DNA from: Octopus vulgaris | Taxonomy: Eukaryota | NCBI GenBank assembly: GCA_951406725.2 | Contig: OX597829.1 | Coordinates: 6,386,001 to 6,450,000, forward strand | DNA: 64,000 nucleotides | Reading direction: 5' to 3' | In this document: positions 13,366-27,069 of the stretch, one piece after another | Layout: the number at the start of each line of letters is the position of its first letter | Numbering within the stretch: the stretch's first letter is position 1 | Translations under genes and position numbers: made by a program | The notes under the pieces: model-generated | The model's database searches: none | The model's input: the letters and a program-made list of their open reading frames with translations, nothing else | Told to the model about the DNA's origin: nothing

Positions 13366-14289
13366 TTATAAAGTACAATTATAAAGATATAAAATGCAAA
13401 TATGAATATTAAACAAGGTACACATATACAAGAATATGCATATATACATACATACATATACATATAAGTGTATATACACCTACATATACATATATACACC
13501 TACATATACATATAAGTGTATATACACCTACATATACATATACATAAGTATATACATAATAATATACATACACATAAGGTTGCAGTTAATCAGAACTATA
13601 TACTGGAATATACATATATATCCACATCAAAGTGTACATATACAAAGTCCAAAGTTCATTGTATTACATTACTAAAATCTATTAATATTAATATTATTAT
13701 TAATAATACCAATAAAGGAATATGTGAATTCTGCTATTCACAATACATAGTAGATGGAAAATACCACATAAAATACAGCATAATATAATAAAGTGTAACA
13801 CAACATAATAAAATATAATATATTATATTACATATCAAATATACAATATATAACGTATAGTATAACCTAATATATAGGCAGATGCATATGGGAGATGCCA
13901 GTACATTATTCAATAAAATAAAATAATGCAAAACAATATACAATGTCACAATATACAATGTCATTATATTCATATATCATACAGCGAGAATCGAAACTTT
14001 AGTCTAAATCTACATACATATATATACACATAGGTACGAAAAACATGGACATGCATATACATACATGCGCAAAAGTATCCATTAATATATATACATATAT
14101 AAAGGGTGAGTGATAGGTCTTAACGGGATGATAGATTATTTGCAATCTCAAGCTCAATTCAATTGGTTGGCACATTTGAATTGCATTGTCTTAGATACAG
14201 TTGGTTGGTTAAAATACACATACTTACATACACACACATATGCGCACATATACACGTGCCCATAGATAAACATAAGCACATAGATACAC

Positions 14290-14291
14290 AC

Positions 14292-14322
<31 letters not shown>

Positions 14323-14460
14323 CATACATACATACATACATACATTCATACACACTTACATACATACATGCATACATACATACATACATACATACATGCA
14401 TACATACATACATACATACATACATACATACATACATACATACATACATACATACGTATA
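14290..14460. repeat. (TACA)n microsatellite
   Basis: Direct reading. Confidence 0.95.
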
Positions 14461-14665
14461 TATTCATATACATACATATATCTACATATACACATAACTA
14501 TAAACACCCACTTACACATATATGTATATATATACATAGACATACATACTAATAACTAAAAAAAATAGTATTATAAACCATTAGAGCGAAATCTATGCTA
14601 ATTCTTAATACGTAGAAAAATGCCTTCGTCTTTTTTTTTTCGTGAATTCTCCCTGTACATCCATA

Positions 14666-15266
14666 CGTTGTGCATAAGATATTTGCGGACAGATAGATGT
14701 TTATAAAAACAGATGTATAATAATAGATGATAACTTTATTTATCAAAAATGGCTATGAGGATAAAAATAAACCTTCTCTTCTATAATGTTATTAAATAAA
14801 GCCACCTTCAGCTTCAACAATTGATTCTATATGAGATCTAAATCATCCTACATGCTCGAATCAAGTGGTGCTGGTTCATTTTGGACATTACTCTGACTAT
14901 GGCAGCTTTCAAAGAATCATTAGTGGTATGGGAGTGTGCATTGACCACTCTCTCAACAACTCTGTAAAGATGTAAGGAGGCATGCGGAATGATTTTTATG
15001 GTTTGATACTGGTTTGATACTTGTGATACGTTTCCATGTTCAGTCTCGAACTCCTTTCAAATTCTGTACACGAAAGATCTGGAAACTTTTGAAACTCGAG
15101 ATGTTTCTAAATCGCTCAGCCTTTATAACAGGATACTTCTTCCTTTCTTGAGTAAGCTGAGGGTCTGCCATTATTATTTACCGAAACAAAGATTACAGAG
15201 AGTTTGTAAAAAAAAGTGTAGCAATGACGCCTAAATGGTATGTCCTCAAATACCTTATGTACCCTG
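14666..15266 (-). mobile_element. Internally deleted Tc1/mariner-superfamily DNA transposon with ~26-bp TIRs
   Basis: Left cgttgtgcataagatatttgcggaca (after TA) vs right rc cagggtacataaggtatttgaggaca; minus strand encodes transposase C-terminus VVERVVNAHSHTTNDSLKAAIVRVMSKMNQHHLIRACR..FRSHIESIVEAEGGFI and an N-terminal HTH relic SDLETSRVSKVSRSFVYRI. Confidence 0.85.
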
Positions 15267-15268
15267 TT

Positions 15269-15330
<62 letters not shown>

Positions 15331-15439
15331 GATAGGTAGATAGATAGATATAGATAGATAGACAGAAAATACACACATAGATAGATATATGTACATATAA
15401 ATATGTTTTCAATATAAATATTTCTATTTATATAGCTAG

Positions 15440-15481
<42 letters not shown>

Positions 15482-15642
15482 AGGGATATATGTATGTACG
15501 TATGTGTGTATAAATCATTTTCTCTCCAGTAGCAGCAGTGGATTTGCTTTTTAGCATTTGAAATATGTCACAAACATACTTAAACTTTGTTTACGTCTAA
15601 ACGCTGCTTGGCGCTAATATTTCGATATATATATATATATAT

Positions 15643-15707
<65 letters not shown>

Positions 15708-15728
15708 CATGTATGTATGTTTGTATAT

Positions 15729-15875
15729 TCTTTTACTCTTTTACATGTTTCAGTTTCTCGACTGCGGCCATGCTAGAGCACATCCTTTATTCGAAGATAT
15801 TCACCCCCATGACCTCTTCTTTGTAAGCCTAGTACTTATTCTACCTTTTGTCTTTTGCCGAACCGCTAGTTCAGC
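15729..15875 (-). mobile_element. SINE tail fragment (family of 11482)
   Basis: cttttac.tgtttcagt..gactgcggccatgct.gagca..ttgtaagcctagtacttattcta..ttttgccgaaccgcta matches 11482-11610. Confidence 0.8.
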
Positions 15876-15895
15876 AATAAACAGACAAAAGATTA

Positions 15896-15934
<39 letters not shown>

Positions 15935-15965
15935 TATGTATGTGTGTGTGTATGTATATATGCAC

Positions 15966-16017
<52 letters not shown>

Positions 16018-17180
16018 TAATCTTTATCCCAGTTGTAAAAGATGAATGAGTCACACGAAATGTGAGTAATGTACTCAATACCTATCTCCAATATAACCCC
16101 TTCGGGGTTGCTAGCATTTCAAGTGTCACAAATTTCCATGCGATAGGAATTCAATATCTGCTCATCAAAAGCTGTCTTGTGCTTTGAAACACTGGTATCG
16201 TCGCAGCATTAATATTTAAAAAATATGATTATATAACATATACATAGAAATGTGTGTGTATGTGTGAGTGTGCGTGTATGTACATATAAGTTCCACGTGC
16301 GTATATATATTCACATATATGCTTCTGCGTATACGTTTATCAGCGATGATAAATACTTAAGGATACATAGATACATATATAGATATATAGATAAATAGGT
16401 AGGTAGGTAGATAGGTTGGTAGGTAGGTAGGTAGATATGTAGGTATGTAGGTAGGTGGGTAGGTAGGTGAGTTGGTAGGGATATAGATGCACACAGACTA
16501 TATTGGTGAAATTTTAACTAATCTAAATTATACGTTTATAGATAAATAATATTAGGAACACAAATATATATCTATGCTGTATGTATGTATGTGTATGTAT
16601 GTATGTATGTGTATGTATATATGTATGTATCTGTGTGTATGTATGTATGTGTGTATGTATGTATATATGTATGTATGTGTGTATGCATGTGTGTATGTTA
16701 TGCAACTATGTATGTGTATGTATGTATGTATGTATGCGTGTGCGTATATTTGTGTGTATGTACGTGTGTATGTATGCATTTATGTATGTATATTTGTATG
16801 TATGTATGTATATATATGTGTGTGTAAGCATGCATACATGGACGTATGTATGTATGTATGTATATATGTATGTATGTATGTATGGTAATGGAGACATGCA
16901 CCAATAAAAAAATAAATTTATACACAAATATTTACGTGTACACAACTGTATGCTTATGCCCAGCTTAAACTTACATGTACGTATGTATCTCTCTCACTTT
17001 CTCTCTCTCTCTCTCTCCCTATGTATATATATATATATATATATACACACACATATATATGTGTGTGTGTGTGTGTGTACACGTGCACAGATTCAGATAC
17101 ACGCACACATATGCATAAAAGATAATATGTAAAGATACTCATGTATGCATGTAAAGATGTATAGAGTCTGTGTATGTATT

Positions 17181-17235
<55 letters not shown>

Positions 17236-17416
17236 TTAGGTGTCCCCCGTGTTCCTTACATCTTCTTACCGTGAGATCGTCTAGCATGGTATCAATTTCT
17301 TATTGATTTTCATTTTATAAAGTGGGAATGCTTCCCGACGGATATTTTCAGGAAAAAATAAATATAACACGACCACTTGTTTGCATGAAAATAACAATTT
17401 CTAAGCGTACGCAATT

Positions 17417-17469
<53 letters not shown>

Positions 17470-17470
17470 T

Positions 17471-17642
17471 GTCTGGGAGAGTCATTCTCTTTTAGTGCCT
17501 TATTATTTAACACACTCACCGGTAAAATTTCCACTTATTTCTTATTTAAAAAAAAATATATATAAAATAAGAAATAAGTGGAAATTTTACCGGTGAGTGT
17601 GTTAAATAATAAGGCACTAAAAGTGAATGACTCTCCCCAGAC
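17471..17642. repeat. Fold-back inverted repeat, ~77-bp arms, 17-nt A/T loop, between two (TA)n tracts
   Basis: 17471-17547 vs 17565-17642: 1 substitution and 1 indel; ORF track shows MEILPVSVLNNKALK on both strands. Confidence 0.95.
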
Positions 17643-17705
17643 ACAACAGAATATGCTTCAACACACGAACTCATATAAAGAATCTTGCAAACCAAATCCA
17701 AAAAC

Positions 17706-17762
<57 letters not shown>

Positions 17763-17878
17763 AGAAAGATATTTAACAATAAGACATTTGAGAATAAAAT
17801 AAAACTCGTAATATGGGAATACGGCATGTTAGCATAAAAGATGTTGAACACTGTGAGAATGGTCATTGAATGAGAAGT

Positions 17879-18256
17879 GGAAGCACTCCGTCGGTTACAA
17901 CGATGAGGGTTCTGGTTGATCCGATCAACGGAACAGCCTGCTCGTGAAATTAACGGATGAGCACTCCACAGACACATGCACCCTTAACGTAGTTTTCGGG
18001 GATATTCAGCGTGACACAGAGAGTGACAAGGCCGGCCCTTTGAAATACAGGTACAACAGAAACAGGAAGTAAGAGTGAGAGAAAGTTGTGGTGAAAGAGT
18101 ACAGCAGGGATCACCACCATCCCCTGCCGGAGCCTCGTGGAGCTTTTTTAGGTGTTTTCGCTCAATAAACACTCACAACGCCCGGTCTGGGAATCGAAAC
18201 CGCGATCCTATGACCGCGAGTCCACTGCCCTAACCACTGGGCCATTGCGCCTCCAC
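17879..18256 (-). mobile_element. Full-length tRNA-headed SINE with 11-bp target-site duplication
   Basis: rc GTGGAGGCGCAATGGCCCAGTGG..GGTTTCGATTCCC (A and B boxes); TSD GAATGAGAAGT at 17868-17878 and 18257-18267; closely similar to 32658-33044. Confidence 0.93.
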
Positions 18257-18369
18257 GAATGAGAAGTACTGCGAGGATGAGAGACGCTATTGTCATCTTA
18301 TAGCATATGATCATGGACATCACACTGAGTGGGGAAGAAGTTATCCAGAATTCTATGATGTAGATCAAG

Positions 18370-18682
18370 GTAAGTAGGTGAACTATTTGATCGTCTTAAG
18401 TTCTGTCTTCCCGATGATATGTGGGTTTGTTATTCTTGGTGAAGTGTGGGTGAAGTGTAGAGCTTGCGTTTTAGTTTAACCTGACTTCTAGGCTGAATGA
18501 TGGGCAGCTTCTGCAAAGCAAGAGACGATACATTGCAACAAGTGCAGCATCGACTGTAAAAAGTTACTCAGGCAATGGTTGTTACAGTGCTTTGGTGTGA
18601 TTTGTGGCCAACTCAGATTGAAAAGGTTGCTTTCGGTAGGGTACTGCAACATTGTGTTACAAAGAAGAAGTGCAAAGATCAC
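18370..18682 (-). pseudogene. RTE-clade reverse transcriptase fragment
   Basis: TMLQYPTE/SNLFNL..LQCIVSCFAEAA..KTQALH..PHIIGKTELKTIK*FTYL resembles RTE RT domains 5-7. Confidence 0.75.
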
Positions 18683-18878
18683 CTCTTTATGCCCTTCTTT
18701 TATTCCTCTTCATATAAATTCCAGTACTCAAAACTAAACTTTGTTGAATATACAGCTTTATATTCAACAAAGTTTAGTTTTGAGTACTGGAATTTATATG
18801 AAGAGGAATAAAAAAGGGCATAAAGAGGTGCTCTTTGCACTTCTTCTTTGTCACACAATGTTGCAGTACCCTACCGAA
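18632..18878. repeat. Fold-back inverted repeat, ~120-bp arms, 6-nt loop
   Basis: 18632-18752 vs 18759-18878: 2 substitutions and 1 indel. Confidence 0.95.
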
Positions 18879-19528
18879 CCTGACATTGTTGTAGGGAATT
18901 AATATTAATGGCACACCAACGTAACGAATGGAATAACATAGTCACTATAAGTAAAGAGAAGTACCAGAATACGTAGTAGGCGGTCAAAGATAGTCGTGTC
19001 TTTCCTGGTTTTACTAAGAATACTGTATACCGAAGTGGGCGTTATAGCAATCTAACATCTTAAGGTTATAACAGTGGCGATGAGGATTTAAACAACACAC
19101 GGGGAATTAATAAACTCGATGTACGTCTGTTTTCAAAAATAATATATGGAAAAAAATTAAGTCAAGTCATTTTACTCGACTTTACGTCTGTCCGCCATAA
19201 ATATTGGAATCGTAAAATCTCTAGAAAACCGTTAAAAGCACATAGATACATGTTATTATACAAAAATAAGAATAATTGCATATAAAATCATACAAAAATA
19301 CGTTCAGTAAATGTTAAGATACACACCATAAAGTAGTGTACCTTAGTGAACGTAATCACAAAATCAGCTGTGTTGTCTTATCGGTCTTTTGGAGCTCCTA
19401 TTGCACTGTGGTTCCAATATCTACCGTTATCCGTCGGTCACTCGATTGTTTTGAATTCAGATTTCTTAACGTCAGTTTATCAGCTACTTTCTCATTCTCA
19501 TTCATTTGTGACCTTATTTTTTGCCCTC

Positions 19529-19648
19529 ATGGCTCCTAAGAATATTCATAGTGAAAGTGCTAAGCGTCATGCTATGACGCTGGAAGATAAACTGGCTATG
19601 ATAAAACGCCATGAAATAGATGAGCAATTGCACGATGTTTTGGGATGA
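19529..19648 (+). mobile_element. Tigger/pogo-like transposase N-terminal (CENP-B HTH) relic
   Basis: MAPKNIHSESAKRHAMTLEDKLAMIKRHE resembles the Tigger N-terminus KR..ITLE.KL.IIKRHE. Confidence 0.55.
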
Positions 19649-21337
19649 GTCGGACATGGTTTTTATTAACCATGTATTAGTGAAAATGCATTCATAAATA
19701 AAGTATAGAACTGGGAATGGTTATTACTGGTTTAGCCTAGAGACAAATAAATTCGGCCTAGCCTGGCCTAGAGAAAGTTTATTCGACTCAAGTCGTGTAT
19801 CGTCAACCATTTTAACGATGTAGAGTAAGGTATGCCCGTATTTTTCTGGTGAATTCGGATGTAGCGTAACATTTCGAGGTCTAACGAAAGAGGCAAAGAT
19901 ATACGTGTTAAAAAGCTCACTTAATTTATTCGGTACAGTGTGGATGGAACTATTCAAGTTGTGGAATACGTCCAATAATGTTTTGTGTGGAAATATAGTC
20001 GGTTCACTCGAAGGTTCGAATGTGGCTGAGGGATTGAAACAAAAAAATTGCGGTAAAAATTATCAACTCTTTCGCTGGAGAATGTACAAAAAATTCATAT
20101 TGGAATATCAATAGCCTGTTTTCTGCTCCTATTATCCTGAAGAAGTTGGAAGATGTTTGCAAGGTGTCGCATCAATGAATAACAATTGTAGAATAAACAG
20201 AGAATTTATGCAACAGAATAGGACAGTTAAATACCCTTATATAGTGTAAGTATAGCTGTAATTTCACGATAAACCAACACTACATTCGAAGACAACTAGC
20301 AATAATTTGGGAAGATTCTACTACAAATCTTAAGGGGAAATTAACAACCATGAACTCAACAAACGTCGTGAAAAATTCCGCCACTGAGAAAATGCTAACA
20401 AGGATTCGGGATTTGCCACAAGTCTGATTTTTAACCTGCGTACAATATACAGAGACATGAAGGGGAAATGTTGCAAACAAGATTCTTACCATGGAACATA
20501 AACAAATAATTCAGACCTTTGATCTGGAAGGAAAATAAGGATTTTAATCGGAATGTAACATGACTAACTGTAATAGCTCAAGAACACAAAACCAACATCA
20601 GCTGTAAAATTTCATCAATATTATGAGAAAGCTACAATAACATGGAGGCACTAGAAAGAGACCTCATAATCAGCTACGGATGCATGGTGTTGCCTTTTCA
20701 TAGAAAGTGAGTAGTACACTTTTTTCAAAAACAATGGAACGTCTGATAAACATACCGAACTAGCTAGGCTTAACACAAAGTAAACAGTCTAGTTAATAAT
20801 TCTTCGATAGAGAACTGTGCAAACACAAACTGCCTTAATATTGTGTAGAAATTGAAACAATTCTTCGAAGGCTAATGCTAACCTGACAATATAGTCAGTG
20901 ACGTGCTTGCAGGCTGCAAGAAAGGTGTGCGATGCTGTGACAAACAATTGTAAGTAAATAAAACTGTATTTTCTGAAGTAGAAAAAAATACCACAGAAAC
21001 CATCTTGTGATGCTATGTTTTGATTACAAAATTCAATCAACTTTATTCCTCATAGATAACTTGTGAGGTCACTACAGATTGCAAAGGAACCCGCTTAGAG
21101 GTTGCCATCGAAAGGCTTCTGAATACCTGGTCCACATTTCATTCACTTGCAACCAAATTAGAACCACTGTCACATATGTAATTATTATTTCAACGGAAAT
21201 ATTCCGAGGTGACAGTCTACCGACACTTACTTTTAATTTGGTCCTATAGTCACTGTCATTTTTTTCTACGAAAATCCAATGTTTTTATGCTATGGCTACA
21301 ACACACTAATATTAACTATAATATCTACCTGGGCAGA

Positions 21338-21548
21338 AGGCGGCGAGCTAGCAGAAATGTTAACAAGTCGGGTGAACTGCTTAGGGGTATTTCGTCTTTA
21401 CGTCTTGAGTTCAAATTCCTCTGATATCGACTTTGCCTTTCATTGTTTCGGGGTCGATAAATTAAGTATGTGTTGCGTACTGGGGACGGTCTAATCGACT
21501 GGCCTCCCCCAACAAAATTTCGGGCCTTGTGCCTAGAATAGAAAAGAG
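21338..21548 (+). mobile_element. tRNA-derived SINE ('ggcggcgagctggcaga..tgagttcaaattccgccgaggtcgac' family)
   Basis: Matches copies at 30.3-31.0, 33.1-33.8, 46.6, 47.3, 52.6, 59.7 and 63.9 kb; B box GTTCAAATTCC. Confidence 0.85.
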
Positions 21549-22208
21549 TATCTAAAGATCTACGTCCGAAACATTTTGTACCCCGAAAAATATGGCAATA
21601 GAGTTTGGTCTGAAAAGATGTTAATATTTAACAAGTGATCGTAAGAAACTGTTCCCCAAACAATATTTTTGCATCAACAGTTTAACCTTATTTACCCACT
21701 GAAATCACGCAAAACATTGTTGATGCGAATTGGACATTTTGACCTCATATGGAGCCCGAAAAATATTCATTCAGACGTAGAAATCAGTTAACAGATCATT
21801 CACTAATTTGAACGAAGACAATGCAAGAATTAAATTCATATGCACATGAAACATCATTAGATATGGATTATAAAGTGTACAACATTCTGAAGTTATATAC
21901 GAACACTGAATGGTGCTAGTTGTAAGATTTTACTTGAGAGACACTTCGCAAAGTGACTTGTGATTCAAAAAGCAGGTTTTGTTTGAGGTCATCAATGAAT
22001 CTTTAAACTCGATGCTTTAATATCATTTCGCCTCCTCACTGACTATGTTTATATGGGAATGTGAGTATTCTAACACAACGTCCATACAGGAATTACTACC
22101 GCTTCTATCGCTATTAATTATGTGTGTGTGCGTGTGTGCATATATGTGTACTGTGTGTGCGTGTGTACACATGTACATATATCCATACATAAAAATAGAT
22201 AGATAGAC

Positions 22209-22283
<75 letters not shown>

Positions 22284-22744
22284 TGAGTGTAGATAGATAG
22301 ATAGATACATACACACACACACATATATATGTCTACACATGCACACGCACATATAAATACATCCACCCATTTTCCATTTCACAGCCAGCTCGCCTTGATG
22401 TTTCACATGTGATATCTCATTATCTTCAGATATATCAACAGTTCTGGATACTTAAAATTTACTTAAATCAACTAACAACAAAAATACAATTTAACAAATA
22501 GATAACTGCAAGAGGAAATTGCTTTTTAAACTTAAAATATTCAATCAATGTTCGCCTAATACAAAGAAGGTTATCGTACCCTATTTAGATTTTAATCGGT
22601 ATCGAACTCTCATAGAAGGAATAGAAGGGTAGTAGAAATTCCTTAAGATCAAATGTATCCACTACGAGTATTATTTTTACTGATAATAATAGTTAACGTC
22701 ACATATTAAATAAGTGTGCATGCGTGTGTGTCGGGAGCATGTGC

Positions 22745-22905
22745 TTGCTGCCCACCACCACTGCTCGAAAACCAGTATTGTCTTATTTGCGTTCTAGTCT
22801 AGCGCTTTGGCAAAAATGTCCGATATAATTAGTAGCAGACCTAAAAACATAAGTAAAGGCTATGCCTCAGCAAGTTCGCAGCCCAACGACAAAAACAAGT
22901 AACGA
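22745..22905 (+). mobile_element. Degenerate SINE body/tail (family of 1655 and 11482)
   Basis: ccaccactgctcgaaaaccag..tagcgctttggcaaaa..ccgata.aat.agta.cag..aaacaagtaa. Confidence 0.5.
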
Positions 22906-24331
22906 AAACAAGATAAACATATATACATGCCTACATTCTCAACAAAACTGTCCGACGAACGGGAACGTGAAACTGAGTTACATGCCTACATAGACAGACA
23001 GACAGACATACGCAAGCACACACACACAAGCACAAGCATATATGCGGGCGTATGTGTGTAACAGCTTACTCATCTGGACACTCCTTCATGATTCTATTCT
23101 GCCCATAAGAGCCATAGCGTATATGACATTAGAAACAAGCGCGGCGGCGAAGTTATCTCCTTCAAGGTACACAATTGGTGTTCTTCAAATGTAAAATAAA
23201 TAAATAAGTAAATAAATATGTTCATGGCGCTGAAAATGAAAAACCTCATCAGCCAGATCAATAAAAAATTATGTATGTGTTTAAATGTTTATAACATATA
23301 TCCGAAGATCGGCTCTTACCTAGCATATCTATGTTCAAGATGGAGAACATTTTAGCCTGGTATAGCGATCGCGTCTTTTTCTTTCAGACACTAAGGACTG
23401 CATTACCATTTAAGAAAAAAAATATTCATGAAAACATATTTTGGAAGTAATTTCTAACAACTGAGCGAGAAGACATACGCTCGGTCGCCGGATCATTCTC
23501 TTTCTGTTTTCAGACGTAGATTATTTATCACAGCACAATCCGTTTTAAAAGTCCCGTCTTTTAAGTTGGTGATATCTAATTTTGAGGGGACTTTGGCTGT
23601 TATTTCTACAATAATAATAACAGTGCACAAAGCATATGAGTTGAACTTGTAATTCAAGCAAGGTAACAAAAAATGCAACACAGATGTGAAACAATACAAC
23701 GAAATTGCTCGACGTACCATATTAACATTCTTCGCTGAGCCAGGTTCAAACGTTCGAACTCACGCACCAGATTGACAGGGGTTGGATCGAAATGATTCCT
23801 GTAGATTAGAAAACATTTGCCAAAAGTATTCCCCTCTTAAATCGAACACGAAACCACAATTTACGAAGTGAACTCTTTAAACAAACCACACGTCCATGCT
23901 TGTACTGCGTATCGTACAAGAAGAAATGCCAAAAGTGTAATGCAACGGAAGTCCGATCAGACTCAGTCTGATGTGGATAATCCGCAATAAATAAACAAAG
24001 GTGATATTTTGAAGTAATTAATTATTGAATTCGTAGGTGGTTTCACTCGTGTAAAGGGATTTATCTTTTAAATATATTCTCTCGGAGAAAACTAAACTAT
24101 TTACGAGCAGCAACAATGAGTTCTGTCTACCACACATTCATGTATAAAATGATGAAAATAAAGTGGTACATAACCATTAACTGAATATATCTACGAGTAA
24201 TATTAGGTTACATTATAGTGTTATGTTATATTATATTATATTAGGCGATATATATATATATATGTGTGTGTGTGTGTATGTATGTATGTATATATATATA
24301 TATGTGTATGTGTGTGTGTGTGTATGTATAT

Positions 24332-24397
<66 letters not shown>

Positions 24398-27069
24398 ATA
24401 TATATGTGTGTGTATGTATATATGTGTGTGTGTGTGTGTGTGTATGTATATATATATGTATGTGTGTGTATGTATCAAACAGTATGTCTCTACTTGGTCG
24501 TGTTCTTGGTGTGTGTCCTCATGACTCTCTATTGCAGTACACCACATTAACAATGATAAGCACCTGATGTATTAGAGATTTGCTCTTTAACAGTTTTCAT
24601 TGTTATGCATAATTCCTTACACTATCTACTGGCATTCTCATTGAGTTACCATAAGTATGTGTAAGTGTGTGTATACGTACATACCCATGTATATAGATAG
24701 ATAGATACATACATGCATACATACATACATACATACATACATACATACATACATACATACATACATACATACATACACACATATACATAGAAAACACAGG
24801 CCCTTAGATATGCACTAACAAAGGAACTTGTTTAATGTCTGTAATAAGGTTTATTTATGGTTAGAAAATGTTGATTACCTCCATCGCTATTGAATGATTA
24901 TCGCTATATGATGCTTCATTTGAGAAAGAGATATCATGCAAAATCTCGAAGATGGAGAAAAACTGTGACTTTTATCTACTACTTCGAACGATTCGATAGA
25001 ACACTTACAGAATCCTGATTTACTCATTTTTATACAGTAGTGCCAATGTATGTGTGTGTGTGTGTGTGTGCGCGCGCGCGTGTCCTCGCACGTGCGCGTC
25101 TATGTGCTCGTGCGATTATCCGCAACTGAAATATCGTCGTACAGACGTGTCCAAATGGATAGTACCGTATCTCACAGAGAGTGAAGTAAAGTTTGTATAC
25201 CGTCATATATGTACACAATACACACACAAATAAAAGATTAAACTGCTCATAGAGGTATTTAGTAGTTGATTTACTTTTCACACATGAACACACGGAATAT
25301 TCCGAATTATGTAATATTGAGCTTCTTTTTACAGTTTTAAGTAGTTTAATGCATCAAAATGATGGTTTCTGTTTGATCTCACCAACTATAACAGATTGTA
25401 TTCATGAGACGACGTAAAGATTCAAGCTTTTATTACTGTGCTTCCAGTATGCACGGAAACTCTGAATTCATAAGAGGTGCAAATGGGAAGAATTAATTAG
25501 CCATGCAGGTGTGGGAAAATGGCTTCGACCACTAATTGGTATTTGCAAATTATATTTGTCCTTGTTTGCTTTCTGATATACCGTGTTCACAATTTTATTT
25601 CAATGCATATTAAAGAAATGGGATAAAAACGCATAAAAGTGGATAAATATTTTGTTTAAACACCTAAGCAAACTTCGCATATTGATCTGAGACTACTATT
25701 ATTTCATTTGTAGTAGCAATAGTAGGAAACTGTTGTATACACGCGTTTTCTTTCTTGTAGAAACGTAAAACAGCAATGCGTCACTGTATTGTATTTTACC
25801 GAATGAACAAATGGCTAAGTACCTATAGTTATATTTAGAAATAACAGCTAAATACATCTTTATCCGTCACCTGTTCTCCGAAGAAACCACTAACCAATGA
25901 GAAAACTCTTACAGGTTTGCATGATTTGCTTGAAATAAAATCTCTCTCAACTCACAACTTTAAAAAAAATGTAAGATGATAAAGGACAATTTTTAAACTC
26001 CGGTAAACATAAAACGGTCAGAATAGTCGCGACTAGAAATCCTTTGATCGTATGCATTCACAATCTGGCAGACCTGGGATAAACAACAGCAAAAAGGAAT
26101 CATGAGGCAGATAAAGGACTAAACAAGATTCACGGAAATTCATGTTGGTCTTTAAATTTTCTTTCACACAAACTGTGTAGTATTTAGAATGCACACCTAT
26201 ACAACCTACTCTTATATAAAATATACGAAAATTTGTAATGGTAATCGTTTATAACACTGTGCAACTCATCTGTGAAGCTTCAGTTTCATAAATGCTATGT
26301 AAAATAAAATATAAATCTGCTTGCTGATAAATGTGAATTCGTGACGAAGCTATTGGGTTAGTGAACACACGTGAGCTCACGTCTCAGCATCGTTGATGTT
26401 TAGCGAGTCATAAAGTCTGTTCGAAGTTTGGAATAGGATTCTCTCTTCTACTTTGTCTAAAAATCCCTTTTGCATAGTCAAGCAAAGGTCATGAACTTGA
26501 CTTCATTTAAGGAGAGACAATTTTTCTTGAAAAAAGATACAAGTATATTTATTGTTGAGGTAAAAAAACATATAATAAAAAGATTCAGATATGAACACTT
26601 CCCAAAAGGTTTCTCAAGTTTAGCCGAAACAACTTGGTTCCCGCTATAAAGTTTTGCTAAAAGTTCAGGTGAAGAACCATACTTTCGTAGGGGCGCTGAA
26701 AAATTGTACCCTATAGGGCTCATTTTAATATGATTTTATTTAAATTCAACTGCTTTCTCTCTATTGAAATTATGTAGTTAGTAAAATATGTCTACACATG
26801 CACATGCACATAGAAATATATCCACACATTTTCCATTTCGTAGCCAACTCTCCCTGCGTCAGCGACGAGTTAACAAAAGGAATGGCTTTGAGAACTATCA
26901 GTTACATTGAAGAATATATCATTCCCACGTATCATCTCTCCTCATACAAAACGGTCCAGAATGATTTTGAGGTGGAGTGCTTTCACGATAACAACAAAAT
27001 CAAAAGCCAAAGCAACATTTATAGCAATATTAACGAGAATGGTAGCAATAATAAAGGCCGCGTATCTTT

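Noticed and set aside
16095-16109. Small AACCCC-TTC-GGGGTT hairpin as a terminator
   Set aside because: Too short, no U-tract and eukaryotic DNA; expected by chance
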